DNA of 64,000 nt, taken from NCBI GenBank assembly GCA_023261815.1, contig JALNKA010000002.1:68340-132339 (forward strand). Reading direction: 5' to 3'. The position numbers and the translations under genes are program-made. The notes under the pieces are model-generated. The model was not told the DNA's origin. It saw nothing but the letters and a program-made list of their open reading frames with translations, and made no database searches. Origin of the DNA: Candidatus Wolframiiraptor sinensis (lineage in GTDB: Archaea; Thermoproteota; Nitrososphaeria_A; Caldarchaeales; Wolframiiraptoraceae). Shown here in pieces: positions 44,367 to 53,955 of the stretch (the stretch's first letter is position 1; each line of letters starts with the position of its first letter).

Positions 44367-44909
44367 TTAGAGATTCACGATGATGTCCATATGCTCCTTG
44401 ATTCTCGAGAGGCCTCTTCTCTCGCGCATGGTTATCCCGGAGCCCTTATCATCCTCAAGCACCTCGCCCTCATAAGCCGTGGCCGCGAAGGTCTCGCAGA
44501 GATCGAGCAGGCGCAATATGTCATCTGGATCGCCCGCATGAAGATGGATCGTCAAGTCATTGATCAGGAGGATTCTCGAGGGTGCTCGGACATAATCCTC
44601 GAGAAGCTTCCTCGCCTCGAGCAGATTTATCTCCGCGTATCTGAGAACCTCCTCATGGCTCCTGCCGAGAAGTCTCGGAGGATGAATCCTTCCCGGCCTC
44701 ATGTATCTCAGCATCTTGACCTCGGGATAATATGATTCCACGAGCCTGCCGATGTCGCTGTAGCCCGGCGCGAGATCTATTACCGTGACATCGCCCCCAA
44801 GATCCCTATCCACCAAGAACTTGAGGAAGCTCGCCAGAAGCCTCGTCTTACCGGCGCCGACCTCGCCGCATATTAGAACCCGCCTATCGAGGAGCTTCTC
44901 AAAGTTCAT
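44367..44909 (-). CDS. Uncharacterised P-loop NTPase
   Basis: [11 protein letters not shown] Walker A, VIDLAP, LLIND Walker-B-like. Confidence 0.75.
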   Translation of the reverse strand: MNFEKLLDRRVLICGEVGAGKTRLLASFLKFLVDRDLGGDVTVIDLAPGYSDIGRLVESYYPEVKMLRYMRPGRIHPPRLLGRSHEEVLRYAEINLLEARKLLEDYVRAPSRILLINDLTIHLHAGDPDDILRLLDLCETFAATAYEGEVLEDDKGSGITMRERRGLSRIKEHMDIIVNL

Positions 44910-44985
44910 AGTCTCTCATCCAGGGACTTGGATGAAGATAATATTTATAACTGTGTTTTGATGAAAATCGCCCGGAGAGCTTGTC

Positions 44986-45579
44986 GTGGGCGCTTCATCC
45001 ACCAAGAAGACCTCGCTCTTCATAATGCTCACGGCGCTCGGCATAATAATAGCGCCACTGCTCTGGTTCCCCTTCTTCACCACGAAGGCTTATCCGGGCC
45101 AGCACATGATAAATGCTCTTGCCGGAGTGCTGCTTGGGCCATGGTGGGCGGCTGCCGCTGCCGCACTAATAGGAGTCATACGAAACGCTCTCGGGCTCGG
45201 AACGATATACGCGTTCCCCGGAGGAGTTCCCGGAGGAATTATCGTTGGGCTCGCATATCTCATAACGCGCAGAGCTCGGAAGCGCTCAGTGAGATATCTC
45301 GCCGCCCTCGCTGAGCCGATTGGAACAGTGCTCATAGGCGGAACATTATCCCTGGCGGTGATAGCGCCGTTAATAGGGGATCAGCGGCTTGCCGCTGCGA
45401 TAGGTCAGTATGGTTTCTACCAGTTCCTCCCGATATTCTGGTCGGGCTGGGCCATAAGCTCGATCCCGGGCTCGATCGCCAGCTACCTCATATTACTGGC
45501 ATTGGATAAGCTCGGCGTTATGAGCCAGCTTCTCGGACTTCAAGCCTCCGCTCAGGCCAGACGAAGAGATCGCTCGTGA
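44986..45579 (+). CDS. thiW: ECF thiazole transporter S component ThiW
   Basis: KAYPGQHMINALAGVLLGP, RNALGLGTIYAFPG, EPIGT. Confidence 0.92.
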   Translation: MGASSTKKTSLFIMLTALGIIIAPLLWFPFFTTKAYPGQHMINALAGVLLGPWWAAAAAALIGVIRNALGLGTIYAFPGGVPGGIIVGLAYLITRRARKRSVRYLAALAEPIGTVLIGGTLSLAVIAPLIGDQRLAAAIGQYGFYQFLPIFWSGWAISSIPGSIASYLILLALDKLGVMSQLLGLQASAQARRRDRS

Positions 45580-45967
45580 GGAAGTTCGTCAGAGTCCCGA
45601 CGCCTATCGCCAGTATGTATGATATCTCGACCATTATGCCGAGGAGGTGCGCGAAGAGATAATGCGAGACCAGCGTCGCGAAGAACCCCAATAACCTCGA
45701 CGCGTGGAAAAAGAGTATTCTTAGATGGAGCTTCAAGGTTCTCCTGTGCTTGAATGTCCAGAGATCGTTCCAGATGAAGTTGCTGATTATGGCCGCCTCA
45801 ACGCCTATGGCGAGCGCGAGGATATCGCTCAATCCGGCGGCATAGCACGCATACGAGACCGCGTAATTGACGACCACGCCGCTGGCCCCAACAATCCCGA
45901 ACTTCAGGAAGATCGTCGAGAAGATCTTCCTTCTAATCCAGCTCAAGAGCTTCTTGAACGCATTCAT
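45518..45967 (-). CDS. GtrA family membrane protein
   Basis: KFGIVGASGVVVN, NFIWNDLWTF, NF..S..FVW. Confidence 0.88.
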   Translation of the reverse strand: MNAFKKLLSWIRRKIFSTIFLKFGIVGASGVVVNYAVSYACYAAGLSDILALAIGVEAAIISNFIWNDLWTFKHRRTLKLHLRILFFHASRLLGFFATLVSHYLFAHLLGIMVEISYILAIGVGTLTNFLTSDLFVWPERRLEVREAGS

Positions 45968-45973
45968 GGCTTT

Positions 45974-46825
45974 TCAGAGCCTCTCCTTCAGGTATAGCTC
46001 CTTCAGCTTAGCCATGTTCGTGGCAAAGTTTCCCCGCGAATCCACCGGCGTCTCAAGTATAAGTGGAAGGGGCCTGATCAACGGGTGATGGAAGAGCTCG
46101 AAGAACCCCCTCTCGCCGATCCTCCCCATACCGAGGTGCTCGTGCCGATCTATCCCGCTCCCCAAGTCGCCCTTCGAGTCGTTCACATGAATCACCTTGA
46201 GCTTCTCGAGTCCTATTATCTGATCGAACTCCTTCAGGGTTTCATCTATCGCCTCACGCGTCCTGAGATCGTATCCGGCGGCGAAGGCGTGGCATGTGTC
46301 GAGGCAGACTCCAACTCTACTCTCATCCTCCATCAAGTCGAGTATGCTTCTTATGTTCTCGAACCTCGATCCAACGCTATTTCTCTGGCCCGCCATGTTC
46401 TCCAGCAGGAGCATGACGTCGTTATCCACCTCGGAGAGGGCAGTGTTCACGGCCTCAGCCGCCTGCCTTATCCCGACTTCAACCCCCTTGCCCATATGAC
46501 TCCCAATATGAACCACGAGATGCTGGAGGCCAAGCTCTCCCGACCTCCTAAGCTCCTGAATCAGGGATTTCGTCGACCTCTTATGAGCGGTCTTATCCGG
46601 CGAGGAGATGTTCGGGAGATAAGGCATGTGCGCAACGACCACTTTGAACCCCTTCTCCTCTAGCTTCCTCCTAAATTCCTCAATCTCCTTCTTCGTGAGG
46701 GGCTTAGCCTCCCAGCCCCTCGGATTCCTCGTGAAGATCTGGAAGGTCGTGCACCCGAGCTCAACAGCCCTGTCAACGGCCTTATCGATGGATCCCGAGA
46801 TTGAGACATGAGCTCCCAGAAGCAT
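45974..46825 (-). CDS. nfo: Endonuclease IV
   Basis: GAHVS, QIF, HMPYL, ENMAG, CLDTCH, HVNDSK, DRHE, LETP. Confidence 0.96.
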   Translation of the reverse strand: MLLGAHVSISGSIDKAVDRAVELGCTTFQIFTRNPRGWEAKPLTKKEIEEFRRKLEEKGFKVVVAHMPYLPNISSPDKTAHKRSTKSLIQELRRSGELGLQHLVVHIGSHMGKGVEVGIRQAAEAVNTALSEVDNDVMLLLENMAGQRNSVGSRFENIRSILDLMEDESRVGVCLDTCHAFAAGYDLRTREAIDETLKEFDQIIGLEKLKVIHVNDSKGDLGSGIDRHEHLGMGRIGERGFFELFHHPLIRPLPLILETPVDSRGNFATNMAKLKELYLKERL

Positions 46826-46872
46826 CCACTAGGAGGACCCTAATCCAGCCTTAAATCTTTACGAATGCGCTT

Positions 46873-47091
46873 TTAATCGGCCTCGGAAGCCCTCTTGAAC
46901 CCCATGCTGCCGCCCCGCTTCAGCCTCAGGAGAAACTCTCTAGCCTTCTCCAAGTCCGCGCTCGAGAAGAGTATTGAGTCCGGCTCAAGAGCCCAGGAGA
47001 CCCCGCAGCCGAAGCACCTCACAGACCTCGACGCCGCCGTCAACTGGAGAAAGCCGCATTTAGGGCACCTAACAACCTTATAGACCCTCAA
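46873..47091 (-). CDS. Small zinc-ribbon protein (DUF1922-like)
   Basis: RCPKCG..RCFGCG..AREF. Confidence 0.75.
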   Translation of the reverse strand: MRVYKVVRCPKCGFLQLTAASRSVRCFGCGVSWALEPDSILFSSADLEKAREFLLRLKRGGSMGFKRASEAD

Positions 47092-47207
47092 CCCGATGAA
47101 AAGCCTCAGAAGACGCGTATATCAACCATCACCGCGAATTGGTTAGCGGGATAGCGCCATGCGTCGAATTATATTTAAGATAAACCACTGTGTATATTAT
47201 GTTTTGA

Positions 47208-47340
47208 AGCCCGGTCGTCTAGCGGCCAATCCAGCTGGTCAGATCGCGGGGTCATGGATCCCGGGCTTTGGATCATGGCCGCTTGGAGGGTCGTGGGAAG
47301 AGACCCGGGGACCTGGGTTCGAATCCCAGCCGGGCTACCA
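47208..47340 (+). tRNA. tRNA-Gln(TTG) with two introns (D-loop 21/22: 47230..47255; anticodon 37/38: 47272..47302) and encoded CCA
   Basis: Acceptor AGCCCGG/CCGGGCT, anticodon stem CCGGG/CCCGG with CT-TTG-G, T arm CTGGG-TTCGAAT-CCCAG; both inserts form BHB motifs; TATTTAAG upstream. Confidence 0.95.
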
Positions 47341-47413
47341 TCTCTCCAATTTCCTCTCTTCACGAATCCTTTTTATTCGGAAGTGCTTTCGGCATGTCTG
47401 ATGATGGCTTGAG

Positions 47414-47812
47414 ATGCGCATAGAGGATGAGATCAGGAGCATGAGGAAAAGAGACGATGATCTGAGTAAGCTGAAGCTAGACGTCATAAGGGTTCTCGCG
47501 ATCTTCAACGGCGTCTCATGGATGACGGAGATAATTCCCGATATACTGAAGCTTCGCGGCGGCATTCCGGACTACGCGCTCCGAGAAGAGCTCTTAGACG
47601 AGGCCATCCGCGACCTCGAGTCCGATGAAGTAATCCTCGTCGAGCCGAGATCCAGGGGGATGCCATTCTCGAGAGAGGTCCATGAGGATAAGCTGATTAG
47701 GCTTAGGGATCTATCCGCTGCCAGAAAGGCGCTCGCCGGAGAAATGGTTTATCTGAGCTACCTGCGCGGGCAGATGGAGGCGATAAGGCGCGCCTTGGAG
47801 AGCCGCGAGTGA
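47414..47812 (+). CDS. Hypothetical protein, possibly winged-helix
   Basis: 132-aa ORF filling the gap with host-like codon use; LDEAIRDLESDEVI helix-wing pattern. Confidence 0.65.
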   Translation: MRIEDEIRSMRKRDDDLSKLKLDVIRVLAIFNGVSWMTEIIPDILKLRGGIPDYALREELLDEAIRDLESDEVILVEPRSRGMPFSREVHEDKLIRLRDLSAARKALAGEMVYLSYLRGQMEAIRRALESRE

Positions 47813-47871
47813 GCACGGCCCGCTCGGGTAAAATTTAAGAAGAGGCTTAACCGTGATTCGGCCGAATAGTC

Positions 47872-48186
47872 ATGGAGTACATTTACGCCGCCTTGCTCCT
47901 GCACAGGGCCGGTCAGCAGATCACCGAGGAGAATGTGAAGAAGGTTCTCTCCGCCGCCGGAGTAAACCCGGATGAGGCGAGGATTAAGGCCCTCGTAGCA
48001 GCCCTCTCGGAGATCAATATAGATGAGGTGTTGAAGAGCGCGATAGCGATGCCGCTCGCGCCAGTAGCCGCCGCTCCAGCAGCAGCACCATCAGAAGAGA
48101 AGAAGCCGGAGGCGAAGGAGGAGAAGAAAGAGGAGGAGAAGTCCGAGGAGGAGGCCTTGGCAGGGCTGAGCGCGCTCTTCGGCTGA
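47872..48186 (+). CDS. rpl12: Ribosomal stalk protein P1 (L12)
   Basis: [11 protein letters not shown], Ala-rich hinge, acidic tail GLSALFG. Confidence 0.97.
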   Translation: MEYIYAALLLHRAGQQITEENVKKVLSAAGVNPDEARIKALVAALSEINIDEVLKSAIAMPLAPVAAAPAAAPSEEKKPEAKEEKKEEEKSEEEALAGLSALFG

Positions 48187-48265
48187 GATCCGCGGCCTCG
48201 GCAAAACCCTTTATTACAACCTTTTATCGGGAGAAAGGCTTGGAGCGAAAGTTACGATGCTCTAG

Positions 48266-51037
48266 GTGAGAGGCTTGAGGTTCGGGCCCGAGGAATATTC
48301 TCTAAACTTCCTGAGGGAGCGCGGCTATGCTAGGAAGCGCTGTATTAGCTGCGGCGAGCACTTCTGGACCCTCAACCCAGATAGGGTGGTTTGCGGCGAG
48401 TCTCCATGCGAGCCCTATCGATTTGTCGGCAAGAGCTTGACCAGGCGGAGAATGAGCCTCCGCGAGGTTCGAGAAGCATTTCTCAATTTCTTTGAAAGGA
48501 GGGGTCACGCGGTAATCGCGCCATACCCGGTCGTGGCCCGATGGAGATCCGACATATTCCTAACAGACGCGAGCATAGTCGATTTCCAGCCATTCGTCAC
48601 GTCGGGCATAGCTCCTCCGCCAGCGAACCCCCTGGTCATAAGCCAGCCATGCATAAGGCTCGTCGACATAGATAAGGTTGGGCTGACGTTCGGCAGGCAC
48701 CTCACGATCTTCGAGATGGGAGGCGCTCACGCCTTCAACTACCCCGACAAGGAGGTTTACTGGAAGGAGGAGACAGTTCAATACTATCACGAGTTCGCGC
48801 AGGAGGTATTCGGCATACCAGAGGAGGAGATAATCTACAAGGAGGGCGTGTGGGCTGGCGGGGGCAACGCTGGGCCATGCTTCGAGGCGATTTCATATGG
48901 GCTCGAGGTCGCGACCCTCGTCTTCATGCAATACAAGACCGCTGATGGAGATCTCGTGAAGCTCCCGATAAGGACTGTTGACACGGGTTATGGCATGGAG
49001 CGGTTCACATGGCTTACTCAGGGGACGCCGAGCTGCTTCGACGCGATCTATGGGAAGCTTTACCCGAGGCTCAAGGAAATAATCGAGATCCCAGAGGTTG
49101 ATGGAGAGCTCCTGATCAGATATTCGCCCTACACGGCTCTCGTAGTGCCGAAGGCAGGGATGACGATCGCGGAGGCGAGGAGGAGGATCTCCGAGGCCTC
49201 GGGAATCCCTCTTGAGACGATAATGAGCGAGATCGCGCCGCTCGAGAAGATCTACGCCTCGCTAGATTTCACTAAGTCGATAGCATTCATAATGAGCGAG
49301 GGCGTCGTCCCATCGAATGTGAGGGTCGGATACTTGGCGAGGCTCCTCATCAGGAAGGCTTATAGGCTTCTCAAGGATCTCGGATACGAGGACAAGCTCA
49401 TAGACCTGATAAACCTCCAGATAGACTACTGGGGCGAGGACTTCCCGCACCTGAGGGCGATGAGGGACGAGACTATAGACATAATCGAGCATGAGGTGAG
49501 GAAGTTCGAGGACACGATAGCGAAGGGCGTGAGCTACATCGAGAGGGAGCTCGCGGAGATGAGGAGGAGCGGCGCAGCCGAGGTTCCCACAGAGTTCCTC
49601 ATCAAGGCATACGATGAGAGGGGGATAACGCCGGACATCGTGAAGCCCGTGGCGGAGAAGCTCGGAATGGAGCTCAGGATCCCGGAGAACTTCTACGAGC
49701 TGGTGGCATCCAGGCACTTGAGGGAGGAGCCGGTGAAGGCAGCAGATGAGGCGCTGAGGATGCTCGAGGAGGAGTTCAGAGATCTCCCGTCAACTGAGAA
49801 GCTATATTACAAGGATCCGAGCATGCTCGAGTTCGAGGCGAGGGTTCTAAGGGTTCGCGGAAATAACGTCGTCCTAGATAGGACATGCTTCTATCCCGAG
49901 GGCGGGGGAGCGGTATCAGATCAAGGAACGTTGAGGCACTCCGGAGGAGAATGCAGGGTGCTCGATGCCCAGATTCTCGAGGGCGGCGTCATAGTCCATA
50001 AGATTGATGGGCCTCCGCCGGCTGAGGGCGAGCTCGTCAAGGGCTTCGTTGATCGGGCGCGCAGGTTCTCGCTCATGAGGCATCACACGGCGACGCACAT
50101 AATCTTGGGCGCCGCTAGGAGGGTTCTCGGGAAGCATGCATGGCAGGCTGGAGCTAGGAAGGAGCCCGAGCTCGCGAGGCTTGACATAAGCCATCATAGG
50201 AGGCTTAGCGCCGAGGAGATCACGCGGATAGAGGAGGAGGCCAACAGGATAGTGGCCGCCAGAATACCCGTCAGGATAATGGAGATGGATAGGAATGAGG
50301 CCGAGAGAAGATACGGGTTCCAGCTTTATCAGGGTGGCGAGGTGCCGTCGGCGACTATAAGGGTCGTGGAGATACCGGGATGGGATGCCGAGGCATGCGG
50401 AGGTCTCCACGTCGAGAACACGGAGGACGTGGGCCTGATAAAGATAATCAGGACTGAGAGGATACAGGATGGCGTTGAGAGGCTCGTATTCGCGGCCGGG
50501 CCGGCGGCCCTACGATACATCCAGCAGAACTGGATCCTGACATTGAGGATCGCGGAGAAGCTCGGAGCACCCGTCGAGGCAGTTGAGAAAGTGCTGGATG
50601 AGACGCTATCGGAATTGAAGAGGCTCAGATCTTCCGTTAGAAGGCTTCTCTCAGCGGCCGCGGAGCTGAGATATCGCGAGCTGAAGGAGAAGCCCATGAA
50701 CCTGAGCGGCATAAAGATCTATACTGCGCGTGAGCTCGAGGATGATAGAGACTATGTACTCATGATCTCGGATAAGCTCCTAGAGGGCGATGAGCCCGCG
50801 TGCTTTATCGCGGCATATGGCGGTGAGAAGCCCCACCTCCTGATTACGGCGAATGAGGCGGCGGTGAGATCCGGGGTTCACGCTGGAAAGCTCGCGTCAA
50901 TTATAGCCGGGGAGCTCGGCGGGAAGGGAGGGGGAAGAGATAGGCTCGGGCAAGGAGGCCTCGGCAAAGATGTCTCTGAGGCGAGATTGGTCGAGGTATC
51001 AGCGAGAGCTTTGCGCCAGCAGCTGAATAAGTCTTAG
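48266..51037 (+). CDS. alaS: Alanine--tRNA ligase
   Basis: YPVVARW, QPCIR, FEM, DTGYGMER, FYPEGGG, HHTATH, CGGLH, GGKGGG. Confidence 0.97.
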   Translation: MRGLRFGPEEYSLNFLRERGYARKRCISCGEHFWTLNPDRVVCGESPCEPYRFVGKSLTRRRMSLREVREAFLNFFERRGHAVIAPYPVVARWRSDIFLTDASIVDFQPFVTSGIAPPPANPLVISQPCIRLVDIDKVGLTFGRHLTIFEMGGAHAFNYPDKEVYWKEETVQYYHEFAQEVFGIPEEEIIYKEGVWAGGGNAGPCFEAISYGLEVATLVFMQYKTADGDLVKLPIRTVDTGYGMERFTWLTQGTPSCFDAIYGKLYPRLKEIIEIPEVDGELLIRYSPYTALVVPKAGMTIAEARRRISEASGIPLETIMSEIAPLEKIYASLDFTKSIAFIMSEGVVPSNVRVGYLARLLIRKAYRLLKDLGYEDKLIDLINLQIDYWGEDFPHLRAMRDETIDIIEHEVRKFEDTIAKGVSYIERELAEMRRSGAAEVPTEFLIKAYDERGITPDIVKPVAEKLGMELRIPENFYELVASRHLREEPVKAADEALRMLEEEFRDLPSTEKLYYKDPSMLEFEARVLRVRGNNVVLDRTCFYPEGGGAVSDQGTLRHSGGECRVLDAQILEGGVIVHKIDGPPPAEGELVKGFVDRARRFSLMRHHTATHIILGAARRVLGKHAWQAGARKEPELARLDISHHRRLSAEEITRIEEEANRIVAARIPVRIMEMDRNEAERRYGFQLYQGGEVPSATIRVVEIPGWDAEACGGLHVENTEDVGLIKIIRTERIQDGVERLVFAAGPAALRYIQQNWILTLRIAEKLGAPVEAVEKVLDETLSELKRLRSSVRRLLSAAAELRYRELKEKPMNLSGIKIYTARELEDDRDYVLMISDKLLEGDEPACFIAAYGGEKPHLLITANEAAVRSGVHAGKLASIIAGELGGKGGGRDRLGQGGLGKDVSEARLVEVSARALRQQLNKS

Positions 51038-51049
51038 AAATTGAAATTT

Positions 51050-51922
51050 TTACTCGAGCTTTGCGGCCGCCTTGAGCGCCTGAGCTCTTCTCTCCGCGAG
51101 CATTATTATATCTCTGATAATCTCCTTGGACGGAATCTCGGCCTCTATTGCCAGTGCTCTGGCCTCTAGCGCGCCCTTCACGAGGAGCGGGATCACGGTC
51201 TCCCTCGTAACGTAGCTTATCTCCATCGCTAGCCCGAGCGCCCGGAGGTGGGCCGACTTAACCTCCTCGGCGATCTTCTCGAGATCCAGCTCGAGCTGCT
51301 CTCTTGTGAGCAGGACTCCATCCTCGAAGGCCTTCTCGATGCTTATCCCCTTGAGAACGGCCTTGATGTCGAGTTTTGCCAGGAGGGAGGCGAGCTCCGG
51401 TGAGATCACATCGCCCTTCCTTGCGACGACGGTATCCCTGGCTATCCAGATCTGGCCGCCATCGATCCTCGTCGGGATCTTAAGCTTTCCGAACTCGCTT
51501 AGAATCGGACCTGGCGGAAGCCCGGTATTCATCTCCGGAACGACCACGTCGAAGTCCGCCTTCTCGCCTGCTCTAGCATGCATAGGTATCCTATTCTTAT
51601 CCAGAATTATCTTGAGCTTGAAGGCGCTGGTATTCGAGAAGATGAAGCCCGCAGGCTCCTTGATGTCCTCGACCAGGGCTTTGAGCTCCGGCCTGCCAGC
51701 TTTCTCAGCCGCCTTGATGAAGAGATTCTTCTTTGCGATCTTTATCACGGCGATCCCCCGAAGCTTCCTCCTCATCTCATGGAGCAAGTTTGCTCTCAGG
51801 CCGACGAGCCTGAATATCGCAACGATCCTATTAGATGCTAGGAGCTGGGCCAGCTCCTCGACTATCCTGACTTTTCGCTCTGGAACTCTTCGAGCCCTCT
51901 TGACAACGGCTTCGGACGACAA
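51050..51922 (-). CDS. rplP0: Ribosomal protein P0 (L10)
   Basis: KIAKKNL, ARAG, NTGLPPGP, KLDIK. Confidence 0.93.
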   Translation of the reverse strand: MSSEAVVKRARRVPERKVRIVEELAQLLASNRIVAIFRLVGLRANLLHEMRRKLRGIAVIKIAKKNLFIKAAEKAGRPELKALVEDIKEPAGFIFSNTSAFKLKIILDKNRIPMHARAGEKADFDVVVPEMNTGLPPGPILSEFGKLKIPTRIDGGQIWIARDTVVARKGDVISPELASLLAKLDIKAVLKGISIEKAFEDGVLLTREQLELDLEKIAEEVKSAHLRALGLAMEISYVTRETVIPLLVKGALEARALAIEAEIPSKEIIRDIIMLAERRAQALKAAAKLE

Positions 51923-51963
51923 GACCCCCTCACCGGCTTTAAGCCTAGATTTAACCCCTATTT

Positions 51964-52632
51964 CTAGGATTCCTCCAGCTCGACCTTGATGGGTTCGCCC
52001 ATAGTCCTCTTGATGTAGATCGACTGTATGTTTCTGAATCTCCTCTCAAGCCTCTCAGCGATCTTTGAGATGACGGCTGCCGCGTTCTCGGCCAGCGATT
52101 TCGAGTCCATGTCCTCCGTCCCGATCAAGCACATGGCCTGCGGATTCTTTCTCACGTTGATTACAACACTCCTCTTCAAGCTTCTGACGAGATCCGCTAG
52201 ATCAACTCCTTGTGGAATCGGATGAGGCCTCTTGCCCCGCCCGCCCAGAGCTGCTCCGAGAGCCTTCGCCGCGAGCCCCATCATCGCCGGCTCAACCAAG
52301 AAAAAGTCATACTGCGATGCAATTTTCTTGGCCAGCCTCTTATTACCCACAAGAGCCTCGAGCTCATCCTTACCGATTATCCTATCGATCTCCGGGATCT
52401 TCTTCGCCTCCGTCGCCAAAGCGGGGCCAGCGATGAGGCAGATCTTAGCCGGCTTGCCTCCCCTACCATGAGGAAGCTCGACCACCTCGTAGATCCTGTT
52501 CTCAGGCTTCTTCAAATCTATGTCCTGCAAATTCACTATCAGCTCGATCGATTGCTTGAAGTTCCTAGGCTTGCCGGCTTGCCTCGCCTTCTCCATCACC
52601 TTGACAAGTGGCTCTTCGAGTGTTCTAAGCAT
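51964..52632 (-). CDS. rpl1: Ribosomal protein L1
   Basis: RNFKQSIEL, LPHG, IGTEDM, IKRTMG. Confidence 0.95.
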   Translation of the reverse strand: MLRTLEEPLVKVMEKARQAGKPRNFKQSIELIVNLQDIDLKKPENRIYEVVELPHGRGGKPAKICLIAGPALATEAKKIPEIDRIIGKDELEALVGNKRLAKKIASQYDFFLVEPAMMGLAAKALGAALGGRGKRPHPIPQGVDLADLVRSLKRSVVINVRKNPQAMCLIGTEDMDSKSLAENAAAVISKIAERLERRFRNIQSIYIKRTMGEPIKVELEES

Positions 52633-52711
52633 TTCCCAGCTAACGGCTGGGCTGGAGGATTTAAGGATATAGTTGCTCTTCGGCTAGGAGGGTGAGATCC
52701 TCTGCCGCAGC

Positions 52712-53206
52712 TCAGGATTCCTCATACTTCCTGATGAGGTCGTCGTATGCGCCGGCATCAACCTCTTTGAGCACTTCTTTAGCCCTCTTTCCACCGACAG
52801 TTATCCCCATGCTAAGGCATGTGCCTAGAACCTGCTTGACTGCCGCCTTCAGGGTCTTAGCGCGCATGCCCGGCATCTTGATCTTCGCTATCTTGACTAT
52901 CTGCTCCATGCTGAGGTCTGCGACGAAGTCGCGATTCGGCTGCGATGAGCCCTTCTCGATGCCGGCCTCCTTGACTAGGAGAGCGGCTGTTGTGGGAATT
53001 CCAACCTTAACCTCAAACGTCTTTGTATCCGTGTTCACCACAACCTCGACGGGAACTCTCATGCCCTTGAACTCCGCGGTTCTCCTATTAATCTCCTCAA
53101 CGATTTGAAGCACGTTTACTCCAAGCGGGCCCAGAGCAGGGCCTATCGGCGGCCCAGCCGTGGCCTCGCCGCCCGGAATGAGGAACTTCAAGGTCTTCTC
53201 GGGCAT
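52712..53206 (-). CDS. rpl11: Ribosomal protein L11
   Basis: GGEATAGPPIGPALGPLG, GTCLSMG. Confidence 0.97.
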   Translation of the reverse strand: MPEKTLKFLIPGGEATAGPPIGPALGPLGVNVLQIVEEINRRTAEFKGMRVPVEVVVNTDTKTFEVKVGIPTTAALLVKEAGIEKGSSQPNRDFVADLSMEQIVKIAKIKMPGMRAKTLKAAVKQVLGTCLSMGITVGGKRAKEVLKEVDAGAYDDLIRKYEES

Positions 53207-53212
53207 CTCCCT

Positions 53213-53704
53213 CTAAACCTCCTTCTCCTTTATCACTCTAACCTGGTCCGCTGGCACCGAGATCGGGATGACGAACGCGGCGTCAGCGGGCTCTATAGTC
53301 ACCTCATTTTTAGGTTTATCTATCCTGATTATCTTGCCGCTTATTCCCTGAAGCGGTCCGGAGATTATCTCCACGATATCTCCAACCGAGAGCATTTCTA
53401 TGGTCGGCTTCTCGACCAAGTGGATCACGATCTCCTCCTTCTTAACGGGCAGTATCGACCCCGTCTTCACGTGCTTTATCCCCTGCACGAGCACCGAGAT
53501 CTTATCCCTGCTCTCGGCTTCTACGAAGATGTATCCCTTGATATCCGGCAGTATGATGATCGAGTATACCCCCTGCTGCTCGGGGGACGTGATCCTGGAT
53601 TCAAGTATCCTGGCAACATTCCTCTCCTGGCCTGCCGTGACCTTTACCACGAAGAACTTTGACGATTTGCGCTGAACCTCGGAGTGTCCTTCCATCTCCC
53701 TCAC
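53213..53704 (-). CDS. spt5: Transcription elongation factor Spt5 (NusG)
   Basis: TAGQE, KGYIFVE, KOW motif GDIVEIISGP. Confidence 0.95.
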   Translation of the reverse strand: MREMEGHSEVQRKSSKFFVVKVTAGQERNVARILESRITSPEQQGVYSIIILPDIKGYIFVEAESRDKISVLVQGIKHVKTGSILPVKKEEIVIHLVEKPTIEMLSVGDIVEIISGPLQGISGKIIRIDKPKNEVTIEPADAAFVIPISVPADQVRVIKEKEV

Positions 53705-53871
53705 GCACCCTGAATTACTAGAGCTAGAAACTTGATCACGAATGTTATGAGCCCTATCGCCGCAACCCCTATCGCCACGATCTTCATGGCTTGCGTGAAC
53801 TCCCCCCTAGTAGGCTTTCTAGCTAGCTTGATCGTGGTGGCCGCGGATCTGAGAAAGCCCCTAAGCCCCAT
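53701..53871 (-). CDS. secE: Protein translocase subunit SecE (Sec61 gamma)
   Basis: LARKPTRGEF followed by one TM helix; upstream of spt5. Confidence 0.92.
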   Translation of the reverse strand: MGLRGFLRSAATTIKLARKPTRGEFTQAMKIVAIGVAAIGLITFVIKFLALVIQGA

Positions 53872-53955
53872 CCCGTCGAAACCCGAGCAATCCATCATAT
53901 ATGTTTAGCCTCAGCCCTCAATGCTTTTAATCCGGGAATATTCATCCCTCGTGGA

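Noticed and set aside
44348-44960. Shared TTATAAC upstream of thiD and thiW as a thiamine-regulator site
   Set aside because: Second half-sites are poor and similar GTTATAA words precede unrelated genes (cdc48, gltX); most likely TATA boxes
47105-47170. Imperfect hairpin upstream of tRNA-Gln as a split-tRNA leader or sRNA
   Set aside because: The tRNA is complete in cis and the pairing is weak and overlaps promoter sequence
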